NCBI GenBank assembly: GCA_041649135.1
Contig: JBAZNQ010000001.1
Span: 99,037 to 163,036 of the forward strand
DNA length: 64,000 nucleotides
Direction of reading: 5' to 3'
Source of the DNA: Patescibacteria group bacterium
GTDB lineage: Bacteria; Patescibacteriota; Kazan-3B-28
In this document: one piece after another, positions 19,740-29,125 of the stretch
Position numbering within the stretch: position 1 is the stretch's first letter
How the letters are laid out: every line of letters starts with the position of its first letter
The notes under the pieces: generated by a model
Told to the model about the DNA's origin: nothing
Seen by the model: the letters and a program-made list of their open reading frames with translations, nothing else
The model's database searches: none
Program-made: the position numbers and the translations under genes

Positions 19740-19976
19740 GGGGGCGCACACTACAACTCGAAGACACTTTGAGGAGAGAGTCTGTGGCACCCGAAGCTTC
19801 GGGGCACGTTTTGTTTGCCGGCTTAGCCGGTCAGGATGATAGCGGAGGTCTGCTACTGTCATCCGGATAACAACATGGATACTAGTTAGCTTTAAACAAG
19901 CGGCTGGGAGATCTCTGTTCTCAAGGATACTTATATCCTTTCAGAAGAGATATCTCTTGGCCGCTTTTTTGTTTTT
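19740..19976 (+). ncRNA. Candidate small RNA (promoter to terminator, about 235 nt, no credible ORF)
   Basis: Hairpins gcacccgaagcttcggggc and gccggcttagccggt; ends in the long hairpin 19900-19963 + ccgctttttt gtttttt. Confidence 0.3.
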
Positions 19977-20202
19977 TCGCTCCCTGTCATTGCGAGGAGC
20001 GAGAGGGGAATGAGCGACGAAGCAACCTCATCATTTGTCGCAGGAATAGTGGAGAGGAGAGAGTGTTGTTCGGAAGCCGGCTACTAAATAATTATTTTTT
20101 GGCCCCTTGGTCTTCCGAGCTAACTCATCTCCACCATTCCCTCGATAAGCTGATTGGAAACAGTTAGTGAATCGGGAAGCAAATTGAAAAGGGAGGTGGC
20201 GT

Positions 20203-20745
20203 ATGGCCACCAAAACAGAAGAAGAGACAGTAGTAGTGGAGTGGGGGTTGGTGACTGGGTCACCAACCACCATTAAGCCCCGCATATTCGTGCGGGTGGC
20301 GAGCAACGGGAAGTCAGGGTTGTCGTCTCATTTTAGCGACGGAAGTCGTCCGACCCCCCCATCGGATTTGGGGAAGCGCCTCGAGCGCGTCGCGCGCGAG
20401 GTGCGAGGCCTTGGCCTCGGCGCCGAGGTCGTCGACGGCAAGGTTGTTGTCGACGGGCTGGTGTATCACAACACCATCCCCAACGGCCAAACGTTGGGGG
20501 TGGACGCTAGCGGACGACCCTACCTGACCGCCAACTCTCCCATAGTGGGAGAGCTGGCAGGACGGTTACTGCCGCCCTGCTCCGAGTGGGTAGAGCTAGG
20601 GGAAATTAGAGGAGCCTACTACGGCTCCGACGGTATGAGCATTGGCCAGCCCTTGCTACACACGGTCACCCTCTCCAACGGGGAGAGGGTATTGTTGGCT
20701 ATAGGAGGGGATATGGCCGACCTGACCATCTTCCCCCTTCCATAG
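20203..20745 (+). CDS. Hypothetical protein, strongly GC-rich (about 62%)
   Basis: Strong SD gggaggtggcgt-ATG; codon usage and GC differ sharply from the core genes. Confidence 0.5.
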   Translation: MATKTEEETVVVEWGLVTGSPTTIKPRIFVRVASNGKSGLSSHFSDGSRPTPPSDLGKRLERVAREVRGLGLGAEVVDGKVVVDGLVYHNTIPNGQTLGVDASGRPYLTANSPIVGELAGRLLPPCSEWVELGEIRGAYYGSDGMSIGQPLLHTVTLSNGERVLLAIGGDMADLTIFPLP

Positions 20746-21047
20746 CCTTTCCCTTTTCCCCGCGAGCATATGAGCCGCTCGCGCACCAAATCAAGCCGAA
20801 GCCGTGGCGGCCAAGTAGTCCACGGCGCTGGAGAAATCCAATGAAGCTGAACCTTTGGCCCCCTCTGCTCTTTCAAACAGAGGGGGCAGGGCACCTATGC
20901 CCAGAACTTCACCGCTGACAGGAAAAGCGTCAAGTGAAGAATAGGTGGGTGGCTCCCGTAACAGCCATTCCTCGTAAACTGTGTAGTTTGCCTGATGAGT
21001 CCAAAAGGACGAAAGGAATATATATAAAATAATTTAATAAAAATATT

Positions 21048-22094
21048 ATGAGTAATCAAGATTTGAATCCAGAACAAAATCGAGGCGAAATCGGGACTTC
21101 ATCTATTCAGTCAGAAGTTGACGGTACAATGGAAGTTACCCCAGAAGCCAAGGCTAACGATCCCGAAATTCAGCCCAAAATTGAAGGAAGTTTTGTGGTG
21201 CTTGATCCTCGTCCTCAAAGCTTAGACGCCATGATTGCATTAGTGTCTGCTACTCCAACTCTAGGTATCGAACTGACCGTCCCCGAAATTGCTAAACATT
21301 GTGTCGGCAATATTGACCCCCAACATAGTGAAGGGAAAAACATTTCTGCAATTGAAGCAGTCTCCAGCCCAGATTTTGAAATTCCTACTCCCGAAGTCCA
21401 ACTTGCAACAGTTCGGGCCGATAATGATGCTATCGGAGCTATGGCAGTCATTGGTTTGCGTCGAATTGGTGTCGAGCTTTCTGATGAAACTATGGTGCGG
21501 ATTGCCCGCATTGCTACCGGCGATAAAGCCAGAACCGGCAAATGGCAACCCGAAACCCGTTCCTTTGACGATCGTGATTGGGATTATGTCGGATTAGCTC
21601 GAATAGTGGCTGATTTTAAAAAGCCAGTTGCCGAACGTGTCCAACTAATGGCCGATTGGCTAATGACTGGCACTTGCGAAGGTAGTGACACTGCCATCGA
21701 CATCGTCAAACTTGAGTTGGCCGAAGCCATCGCTAAAACCGATGTTTGGGTGGAAGGGAGCGTTGCCCAAGTTAACGGTGAACATCGCGGGGCTATGGCC
21801 ATAGGCTACGAACAGGCTCCCGTTGTCATCGCCGCAAATCCCAACTTTAAAATTGCGGGTGGTGAACCTCATCTGAAATACACAGTCGGTCAGTGGAGTG
21901 CTGGCTATGCCGATCTTAAATCAGTGCTAGTAGAACTTCAGGCCCTAGAACCAGGTTGGGGCGGTAGCGACACCATTATTGGCTCTCCTCAAGGCGAATC
22001 TAGCCAACTCACAATGGAGCAGATTCTAGAAATAGTCGCTAAACACACAACCTTCGACGAATATAGATCAGAAGAAGACCAGATCATACTCTGA
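21048..22094 (+). CDS. Hypothetical protein (348 aa)
   Basis: Long ORF after an AT-rich promoter region; no recognisable motifs by eye. Confidence 0.45.
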   Translation: MSNQDLNPEQNRGEIGTSSIQSEVDGTMEVTPEAKANDPEIQPKIEGSFVVLDPRPQSLDAMIALVSATPTLGIELTVPEIAKHCVGNIDPQHSEGKNISAIEAVSSPDFEIPTPEVQLATVRADNDAIGAMAVIGLRRIGVELSDETMVRIARIATGDKARTGKWQPETRSFDDRDWDYVGLARIVADFKKPVAERVQLMADWLMTGTCEGSDTAIDIVKLELAEAIAKTDVWVEGSVAQVNGEHRGAMAIGYEQAPVVIAANPNFKIAGGEPHLKYTVGQWSAGYADLKSVLVELQALEPGWGGSDTIIGSPQGESSQLTMEQILEIVAKHTTFDEYRSEEDQIIL

Positions 22095-22190
22095 CTAACA
22101 CGCCGTCTCTCCGATCGAGAGGTTCGGGATATTAAAGCTGGGTCAAAGATTCTCGGAGTACGTGGCATCTCATGGAAAGAGCTACATAGG

Positions 22191-22781
22191 TTGCTACTTG
22201 AGGGGAAAGTGAACCGGGATACTGCAGAGTTTGCGGTCATTCAAGAGGAAGAAAAGCTGAAAGATACCCATCCCGAACCACCTGCCGGTACAATTGCTCT
22301 CTTTGATGGTAGTGAATTTGTTGACTGTGATAATGCCGTTTCTCTGCGACATCGGTTGGCAAACCGATTCGGAGAACTGGTAGTAGAATTTATACTTTCA
22401 CCGGACGACATCTCTCGCAGCCAGGGTATATATACCTTCAGGGATAGTTGGGGGCTAGATCCTAAATACACAGAAGTAGAGCCGGAGGTTTATGCGAGAG
22501 AGACGAAAGCAGTCGGAATAAGAGGTATATATGCCAGTTATAACGACATACCCCTTTCACCCGAGACTCTAGTAGAACAGTTGTTAGAATTCGTAGATGT
22601 TGGTCTAGATAAAGAAATATTAAAACATTCTGGTAGAGAAATATTGTCCTTGTTGCACTCGATGTGGTGGAATAAGGACATCACGCCCGAAGAATTCTAT
22701 GACTTATATGAATTCTTATCAGGTAAAGCAGAAGAAATAATTCGGCGTTCGGGTGGCTGCAAGCTAGACGAGCCCAAGTAG
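22191..22781 (+). CDS. Hypothetical protein (196 aa)
   Basis: ORF follows the previous gene on the same strand; the true start may be internal. Confidence 0.4.
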   Translation: MLLEGKVNRDTAEFAVIQEEEKLKDTHPEPPAGTIALFDGSEFVDCDNAVSLRHRLANRFGELVVEFILSPDDISRSQGIYTFRDSWGLDPKYTEVEPEVYARETKAVGIRGIYASYNDIPLSPETLVEQLLEFVDVGLDKEILKHSGREILSLLHSMWWNKDITPEEFYDLYEFLSGKAEEIIRRSGGCKLDEPK

Positions 22782-22816
22782 CTCTTCGACAAAGAACAAT
22801 AATCAACCAACTTTAA

Positions 22817-22948
22817 ATCTCCTCTTTTGTGCCGACAACGGAATGAGATTTGGAATGCGATTTTTATCCGCAAGGATAAAATCTCTCTCCTCGAGATCGC
22901 AAACTAAACCTCTTACTAGACACCAGTTGTCGGCACAAAAGAGGAGAT
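22817..22948. repeat. Perfect 23-bp terminal inverted repeats flanking an 86-bp structured core (tiny MITE or structured RNA)
   Basis: atctcctcttttgtgccgacaac ...(86 nt with nested ttttatcc-gcaa-ggataaaa hairpin)... gttgtcggcacaaaagaggagat. Confidence 0.7.
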
Positions 22949-23109
22949 AGACTGATAAAGCACATTGCCAATTAGTAAAAACGATTCCTTAAAAGCTTTT
23001 GAGGGCGGTATTTTGTGGATTAGCCAAGACTAGCCCACAGTAGTCCGCTCTCAATTGTGAGAGTAGGAGTGTATTCATGACTGCACTCCATAATTTCGGC
23101 TAGAAAGTC

Positions 23110-23499
23110 ATGAGTTCTAGTCGATTTTTCGTGAAGGAGACTAAGATGGTTGAGGCGATGATTAAGCTGGTTCGCCCTCAATTAGAGGGCCATTCAGACC
23201 CACTAGCCCTGTGCCAGTGGGCCGCCTTCAAAGTGGCCGAGGGGGTAGTAGCTACCACCAAAGCCAATTGGGCAACTTTCAAAACATATCCGTCATTGGA
23301 CGGATATACAATGGGGAAGTTACTCTTGCTGGTAGTCGCTGGCAAGGGCGAAGATTTTGCGGAAGAAGCTGGATATCTGTCAGAGTTGGCGATTTATGGC
23401 CCAAAAGGAGGGGAGGGAGCGTGGGTTGCCAGCTACTTGCTAGAATGCTATGAAGCACTCGAACTGATAGCTGACGCTCGCCACCTTTGGGTGGCATAG
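23110..23499 (+). CDS. Hypothetical protein (129 aa)
   Basis: ORF followed by terminator aaggcccgccg-caa-ggcgggcctt at 23519-23548. Confidence 0.45.
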   Translation: MSSSRFFVKETKMVEAMIKLVRPQLEGHSDPLALCQWAAFKVAEGVVATTKANWATFKTYPSLDGYTMGKLLLLVVAGKGEDFAEEAGYLSELAIYGPKGGEGAWVASYLLECYEALELIADARHLWVA

Positions 23500-23751
23500 A
23501 CACACCTGTAACTTTCAGCACAAGGCCCGCCGCAAGGCGGGCCTTTCACTTGTCCAAACGCCCATGGTCATACATAAATAATTTCGCCATTAGATGAACG
23601 ACCGTCCAGTATATTGCGAACATTTTAACCTCTATATGTCAAGTGACCATTCCTCCATTCCCCATTGGTTAGATTGGTGTAATCGGAAAAATTGATTAGA
23701 TTTGTCCCCATCCTCTAGATACTAGATGCTAAATGCTAGATACTAGTAAGT

Positions 23752-24114
23752 ATGGACAACAGCTATTTACCGGGGATAGGAATTGCGACTGGGATGACAC
23801 TAGCGGCGTGGTTGTTAGTGTTATTTTATTTTGATCCAACCACTTCTGGCGTTCCCGGTATCACTTTATTTTTTATCAGTCTAGCGGCTACTTTAATAGG
23901 TATATTGATTTTAATTTTCAATTATCTCCGCTATCGTTTTGCCAAAACGCCCGCCTCATTTGGTGTTACCATCAGGCAGGCTGTCTTGTTAGGGCTGGCC
24001 GTCTCGGGTATCCTACTATTGTTGGCTCTGGACAAGCTAAATTGGTGGAACGGGGTCGCCATCGTAGTGGCTGGTATAGTTATTGAATCCTATGCGCTGA
24101 TCAAACCGGAATAA
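23752..24114 (+). CDS. Small membrane protein (3 TM), hypothetical
   Basis: 120 aa, hydrophobic; preceded by ctagata/ctagatg tandem repeats. Confidence 0.45.
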   Translation: MDNSYLPGIGIATGMTLAAWLLVLFYFDPTTSGVPGITLFFISLAATLIGILILIFNYLRYRFAKTPASFGVTIRQAVLLGLAVSGILLLLALDKLNWWNGVAIVVAGIVIESYALIKPE

Positions 24115-24164
24115 AAGAAATCTAACCAATCTAGCCAACCTTCGCCAATCTAACCAATCAAGCC

Positions 24165-24252
24165 GTCATTCTGGTAAGCGAAGCGCATCCAGAATCGTAT
24201 AAAAAATTAAATAAGATTCTGGTCCCTGGCCGAGCAGGCAAGCCAGAATGAC
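24165..24252. repeat. MITE-like palindromic element (gtcattctgg ... gccagaatgac variant)
   Basis: gtcattctggtaagcgaagcgcatccagaatcgtat...aagattctggtccctggccgagcaggcaagccagaatgac. Confidence 0.75.
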
Positions 24253-24261
24253 CAATACAGC

Positions 24262-25242
24262 ATGAAAGATAAACTCCAAAAAATTCTTGATTCTGCTCGC
24301 AAAGAAATTACTTCAGCTCAACCTGAAGCGTATGAAGATTTGCGAGTAAAGTATCTTGGCCGGAAGGCCGAGTTGAGTTTGCTATTGCGTCAGCTTGCCG
24401 ACCTATCTTTGGAAGAAAAAGTCGAACTGGGTAGTTTTGGCAACCAAGTGAAGACTGAAATTACTGAACTGTTAAAGCAATTAAAACGATCTCCAGCCGA
24501 AGGTAAATTACAAAACTTTGATCCGACTATTCCGGGAATTATTCAACCGCTCGGCCATCTTCATCCAGTTACCCAAACTACGTATGAACTGATAGACATT
24601 TTCAGAGGTCTTGGCTACGACGTTGCGACTGGTCCTGAAGTTGAATTGGAAAAATATAATTTCGACATGCTAAATATCCCTGCCGATCATCCAGCCCGTG
24701 ATCAGTGGGATACTTTTTGGGTCAAGCAAGAAGATGGTGGTAAAGATAATACTCTCCTCCGGACTCATACTTCGCCCGTTCAGATCCGTTATATGCTGGA
24801 ACACAAACCGCCGATCCGCATTATTAGCCCCGGCCGAACTTTTCGTTACGAAGCCGAAGATGCTACTCATAGCTCTGTTTTCTATCAACTTGAAGGACTG
24901 GTGGTTGACGAGGGGATTACGGTCGCCAATCTCAAAGCCACCCTGCAGACCATGATGCAACAGGTGATCGGTTCGGAAGCCAAAATCCGCCTTCGTCCCA
25001 GCTTCTTCCCATTCACCGAACCAAGCTTTGAAATGGATGTCTGGTTTCAGAACAAGTGGTTAGAGCTGATGGGCTGCGGCATGGTCAATCCAATTGTCTT
25101 AAAAAACTGTGGCATTAATCCTGACAAATATTCTGGTTTCGCTTTTGGTGTCGGTATCGACCGACTGGTCATGCTCAAATACAACATCAAAGACATCCGC
25201 TATTTCCTGTCTGGTAATTTAGAATTTTTAGAGCAGTTTTAA
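24262..25242 (+). CDS. pheS: Phenylalanine--tRNA ligase alpha subunit
   Basis: Class II aaRS motifs: FRYEAEDATHSSVFYQLEGL, FFPFTEPSFE, GCGMVNP, GFAFGVGIDRL. Confidence 0.9.
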   Translation: MKDKLQKILDSARKEITSAQPEAYEDLRVKYLGRKAELSLLLRQLADLSLEEKVELGSFGNQVKTEITELLKQLKRSPAEGKLQNFDPTIPGIIQPLGHLHPVTQTTYELIDIFRGLGYDVATGPEVELEKYNFDMLNIPADHPARDQWDTFWVKQEDGGKDNTLLRTHTSPVQIRYMLEHKPPIRIISPGRTFRYEAEDATHSSVFYQLEGLVVDEGITVANLKATLQTMMQQVIGSEAKIRLRPSFFPFTEPSFEMDVWFQNKWLELMGCGMVNPIVLKNCGINPDKYSGFAFGVGIDRLVMLKYNIKDIRYFLSGNLEFLEQF

Positions 25243-25263
25243 ACTGTCACTTCTTGCTTTCTC

Positions 25264-25507
25264 TGTCATTCCCGCTCCACCTTTCGTTGTTCCCACCTCG
25301 CTCTTCGTCATTCCCGCGAAGGCGGGAATCCAGAAAAGAAAAAAGAACAACCCACAAAATGTCTGCTTATGTCTACATTCTTGCCAGCAATAAAAATGGC
25401 ATCGAGCATGGAAAATAAGAATCATTGAAGAGCAGAACCCGCAATGGAAAGATTTATTTCAAGAAATTTTAATTTAATGTCTGGATTCCCGCCTACGCGG
25501 GAATGAC
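25264..25507. mobile_element. Palindromic element carrying an internally deleted GIY-YIG gene remnant (degenerate copy of the 39.4-kb element)
   Basis: Left arm tgtcattcccgc...gtcattcccgcgaaggcgggaatccagaaaag and right arm ctggattcccgcctacgcgggaatgac. Between them, 25359-25477 encodes MSAYVYILASNKNG fused to ...QNPQWKDLFQEILI*. This is the N- and C-termini of the GIY-YIG protein, joined at an AAAAATGG microhomology. Confidence 0.75.
25359..25477 (+). pseudogene. GIY-YIG nuclease gene remnant (internal deletion)
   Basis: The first 14 codons and last about 20 codons are colinear with the CDS at 39515-39802; the middle about 170 nt is missing. Confidence 0.7.
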
Positions 25508-25512
25508 GAGTA

Positions 25513-27786
25513 ATGAAATTTTCCTACAACTACCTCAAAAAAATCCTTAAGTTCAAAAAAACTCCTCAAGAAATTGCGGAGCTGATGGATTTGCATATTA
25601 CCGAAGTTGAATCGGTTTTGGCTAATGCCGCGTTTACCAAAGTGGTGGTAGGGGAGATCTTGGAAATTCGCGATCATCCCAATGCCGACAAACTTCATCT
25701 CACCAAAGTTGATATTGGTACCGAAACCTTGAATGTGGTTTGTGGAGCTGCCAATATTGCCGTTGGTCAAAAAGTGCCGCTAGCACTAGTTGGAGCCGTG
25801 CTTCCTAACGGACTAGAAATAAAGGAGGCTGTCATTCGTGGTGAAAAATCCTTTGGGATGATTTGTAGCGAAACCGAACTTGGTCTGGCGGATAAATCTG
25901 ACGGCATTTTGGTCTTGAGATCATCAGCCATTCCGGGTACACCAGTTGAGGAAATTCTGGACACCAATACTGATACGATCATCGAGCCCAAAATTCTCTC
26001 TAATCGTCCTGACTTTATGTCGTATGTCGGTATGAGCCGGGAACTAGCAGCAGTATTGAATATCGATTATCAACCAACTATCGATACTAAATTTATCGAG
26101 TCCAACGTCAAAACTATGACCGCTCTTGCCGTAAAGGTGGAAGATACCAAGTTGTGTCCTCGTTATCTGGGGCGGGTAGTCAGAAATATTACTGTCAAAT
26201 CTTCACCCAAGTGGATGCAGGATGTCTTAAATGCTTCTGGTCTTCGGCCGATAAATAATATCGTCGATATCGCCAACTTCGTCATGTTGGAACTTGGTAA
26301 TCCCATTCACACTTTTGATTATGCCAAGGTAGGGGATGGGGAAGTCGTTGTGCGCAATGCTCATGATGGTGAGACTCTCGTTTGTTTGGATGGTGTTGAG
26401 CGCAAATTAGATAACAAAACTTTGATTATCGCAGACAGTAAAAACCCAATTGCGATCGCTGGCATCATTGGAGGGGAGGAGAGCGGGGTTTCTGACCAAA
26501 CTCGTGATTTAGTCGTTGAGGTCGCCGCCTTCGAAAAAACCTCAATTCGCCGGACATCAAAAAGATTGGGAATTGCGACTGACGCTGAATTGCATTTTGA
26601 AAGGGGAGTGACTCCCCTTTCGCCAGAAAAAGCAATGGAGCGGGTCCTCAATTTAATTCAGGCCGACTCCCCTGCCTGCGAAATTCTAGCCGGCAATCTG
26701 GATGTTCACGGCAAATTGCCTTCACCGTTTTCGCTTTTACGCGTTTCAGTAGAGGGGATCAATCAATTACTTGGGATTACGATTTCTGCTCAACAAATGG
26801 CGGGGACATTGAATAAACTTGATTTGCCAACCGAAATTCGTCGCAATGATCTAGTGATTAAAGTCCCCGCCTATCGGGCTGATATTGTTGGGATGTCGGA
26901 CATTGCTGAAGAAGTTTTGCGGATTTATGGAGCCGACCAAATCCCCTTCGTTATGCCGCAAATTACTGGTAAGCCGTTTGAAATGCCGGAAATTGAAAAA
27001 GTCAAAATGCAAATTCGCGAACTGATGGTTCGACTTGGTTTTACTGAAGTTTACACTCATCCATTTGATGATCTAAAAAACGACAAACACAAAGTTGCTA
27101 TTAAAAATCCCTTAAGTGAGGGTTGGGTTTATTTAGTCGATAATTTAAGCACCAATTTAGTCGCGTTGGATATCAATCGGCCTAATTATCGGATCTTTGA
27201 GCTCGGGACTACTTTTCATGACTACGGCGAGACCTTGCCTGCCGAAGAGCAACAACTGGCAGTGCTGATCAAAGGGGCTGATGCTTATCGCATTGCTCGA
27301 GGAGTTGTCGATCAATTAATTCGCGAACTTGGTCTCAATTTGCGAATGACCGAATTTATTCACTATTCTGGTTTGCTTTTACAATTACCCAACCAAGACA
27401 TCGTGGTGGGTAGTCTTTCGGCTTTGGATGAACATCGAGCCGCATTCGTATTAGAAATTAGCCGGCTGATGCCTCATATTGCTTCGGCCAAGCACTTTAT
27501 TGAGATCAACAAATTCCCCGCTATTAAAATGGACATGGCGTTTATTATTCGTTCTGAAGTTAGGATCGGGGAGTTACAAACTCTAATTCAAGACATCGAC
27601 AAATTAGTTGATACAGTTGAGTTGTTTGATGTTTTTGAACTACCCAAAGATGGAAATCGTTCCGTGGCATTCCATATTGAACTGCGAGCTAATGATAGAA
27701 CCCTCACTAACACCGAACGTGATGATATTCACGCTAAAATTGTTGAGGCCGCCAAAGTCCGATTCGACGCCAAGCTAAGAGAATAG
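25513..27786 (+). CDS. pheT: Phenylalanine--tRNA ligase beta subunit
   Basis: N-terminal tRNA-binding OB domain (GEILEIRDHPNADKLHLTKVDIG), B3/B4 and B5 regions; 757 aa. Confidence 0.9.
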   Translation: MKFSYNYLKKILKFKKTPQEIAELMDLHITEVESVLANAAFTKVVVGEILEIRDHPNADKLHLTKVDIGTETLNVVCGAANIAVGQKVPLALVGAVLPNGLEIKEAVIRGEKSFGMICSETELGLADKSDGILVLRSSAIPGTPVEEILDTNTDTIIEPKILSNRPDFMSYVGMSRELAAVLNIDYQPTIDTKFIESNVKTMTALAVKVEDTKLCPRYLGRVVRNITVKSSPKWMQDVLNASGLRPINNIVDIANFVMLELGNPIHTFDYAKVGDGEVVVRNAHDGETLVCLDGVERKLDNKTLIIADSKNPIAIAGIIGGEESGVSDQTRDLVVEVAAFEKTSIRRTSKRLGIATDAELHFERGVTPLSPEKAMERVLNLIQADSPACEILAGNLDVHGKLPSPFSLLRVSVEGINQLLGITISAQQMAGTLNKLDLPTEIRRNDLVIKVPAYRADIVGMSDIAEEVLRIYGADQIPFVMPQITGKPFEMPEIEKVKMQIRELMVRLGFTEVYTHPFDDLKNDKHKVAIKNPLSEGWVYLVDNLSTNLVALDINRPNYRIFELGTTFHDYGETLPAEEQQLAVLIKGADAYRIARGVVDQLIRELGLNLRMTEFIHYSGLLLQLPNQDIVVGSLSALDEHRAAFVLEISRLMPHIASAKHFIEINKFPAIKMDMAFIIRSEVRIGELQTLIQDIDKLVDTVELFDVFELPKDGNRSVAFHIELRANDRTLTNTERDDIHAKIVEAAKVRFDAKLRE

Positions 27787-27805
27787 CTCCGATCCAAATT
27801 TGAAA

Positions 27806-27833
27806 AACCCCGAGTCTCTGCTCGGGGTTTAAA
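27806..27833. terminator. Bidirectional terminator between pheT and the convergent gene
   Basis: aaaaaccccgagtctctgctcggggttt. Confidence 0.6.
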
Positions 27834-27852
27834 GTTTCTACTTCCCATTATG

Positions 27853-28473
27853 CTAGTCGCTAGGAAAGTACAAGTCCAACTGCGCCCAAACGCAGTCGCT
27901 GTCCCGAGCAACTAGTGACCAACCATAGTAGAGTTGCAGGTCAGCCTTGGTGCTGAAATGAAAGGTAATGGCCGGCCCCAAATTGCTACTGACTCGACTG
28001 TCGTCGGCAAACTCACCGGAGAACACACCGACAACGGACAAGGTTGCATCTTCTCCGGCCAACGCATCCCATTGTGCTTGCTCATAAAAAGAGGTCTTTT
28101 TGCCGTTGGCGAACCTGATGCTTGTCATGGCCCATCCAAAACGACCATCAACCTTTCCTTGGAGTTTAAGCCCAGTATCCTCGCCATCGCGGAACATCAG
28201 AATGACCCGGGGTTGGACTTTAAAGTCTTCCCCCCAGCTCACTTGTGGCAAACGCCAACCGATATCAACCCCGTCCATGTCGGGGCTCCAGTCGAATTGC
28301 CAAGACGCTTGACCATCTGGCACCACCAGTCGGAGGTTGTGACTTGTTCCTCCGTTCTCTGGCGAGATGTAAGTCAAGTCCTCCACGACAACCGTACCAG
28401 CCATCACCGGGCTGGCAATCGCCATACACAGCACTACTACCGCAACTGCGGCAGCCACTAACCATCGTGGCAT
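27853..28473 (-). CDS. Secreted hypothetical protein (higher GC, about 56%)
   Basis: SD aaggagg 7 nt before ATG (MPRWLVAAAVAVVVLCMAIASPVMAG signal peptide). The ORF extends to 28548, but the internal start is favoured. Confidence 0.5.
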   Translation of the reverse strand: MPRWLVAAAVAVVVLCMAIASPVMAGTVVVEDLTYISPENGGTSHNLRLVVPDGQASWQFDWSPDMDGVDIGWRLPQVSWGEDFKVQPRVILMFRDGEDTGLKLQGKVDGRFGWAMTSIRFANGKKTSFYEQAQWDALAGEDATLSVVGVFSGEFADDSRVSSNLGPAITFHFSTKADLQLYYGWSLVARDSDCVWAQLDLYFPSD

Positions 28474-28678
28474 TTCGCATTCCTCCTTCTTGTACTTCCT
28501 AGTGGTCAAAGGACATCCCCCAACCACCGTCGCATCGTACTCTGACAATCAGCTTCCAGTCAAGCTTTTTGGCTTCTCCCAAAACTTTGCTTTTAACGCC
28601 AAGCTAAGAGAATAATCCTAAAATCTAAATTTGAAAAACCCTCGGTCGATTTCGACCGAGGGTTTCATTGTGGTCGGC

Positions 28679-28774
28679 TCATCTGCAAGCAGCGGAAGCA
28701 AAGATGAGCCATAAAAGAACAATAACGGCAATAATAAAGGCCCAAAAGACCGAAGAGTCCGCGGGTGGTTTCAT
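28679..28774 (-). CDS. Candidate 31-aa hydrophobic micropeptide
   Basis: aggaggaggttacgtt-ATG then MKPPADSSVFWAFIIAVIVLLWLIFASAACR*; the terminator hairpin at 28641-28672 lies immediately downstream on this strand. Confidence 0.3.
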   Translation of the reverse strand: MKPPADSSVFWAFIIAVIVLLWLIFASAACR

Positions 28775-29020
28775 AACGTAACCTCCTCCTTTTTACCACC
28801 GTAGTTAGGAAACCTATTCCAACCACTTGCCATTCTATCTCAACCCCGCTCCCAGTCAATTTTCCACTGTCATTGCGAGGAGCCCAGAGGTGTCGAGGGG
28901 CGACGCGGCAATCTACTTTTTGTCATATCCAAAATCTTGCTCCATAGGATAAAATCAGGTACAATTGAGGTAGCAATTTCGCCCCTAAGGCGACTTTCCG
29001 TATGGTCTTAATTACCTGTC

Positions 29021-29110
29021 ATTCCCGCGGAGGCGGGAATCCAGAAAAGAACAGAAAAATGTTTTTGTTTCTGTCTGGATCCCCAATCAAGTTGGGGATG
29101 ACGACTAAGA
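29021..29110. repeat. Full-length two-hairpin MITE-like element upstream of gyrB
   Basis: gtcattcccgcggaggcgggaatccagaaaagaacagaaaaatg tttttgtttctgtctggatcccc-aatcaagtt-ggggatgac; the right half is an imperfect reverse complement of the left. Confidence 0.8.
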
Positions 29111-29125
29111 AAAGTTTTATTACCA

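Noticed and set aside
19570-19839. 89-aa ORF from the six-frame track
   Set aside because: It starts inside a MITE copy and runs through the promoter-to-terminator candidate sRNA region; composition and context argue against coding.
19805-19850. Similarity of ttgtttgccggcttagccggtcagg to the 3' P4/P1 strand of bacterial RNase P RNA (ACAGAACCCGGCUUAUCGGUCAG)
   Set aside because: Only about 16 nt match. No GGAAAGUCCGGGCUCC-type 5' P4 strand or other conserved RNase P regions lie in the preceding 350 nt, which is occupied by an ORF, a terminator and a MITE.
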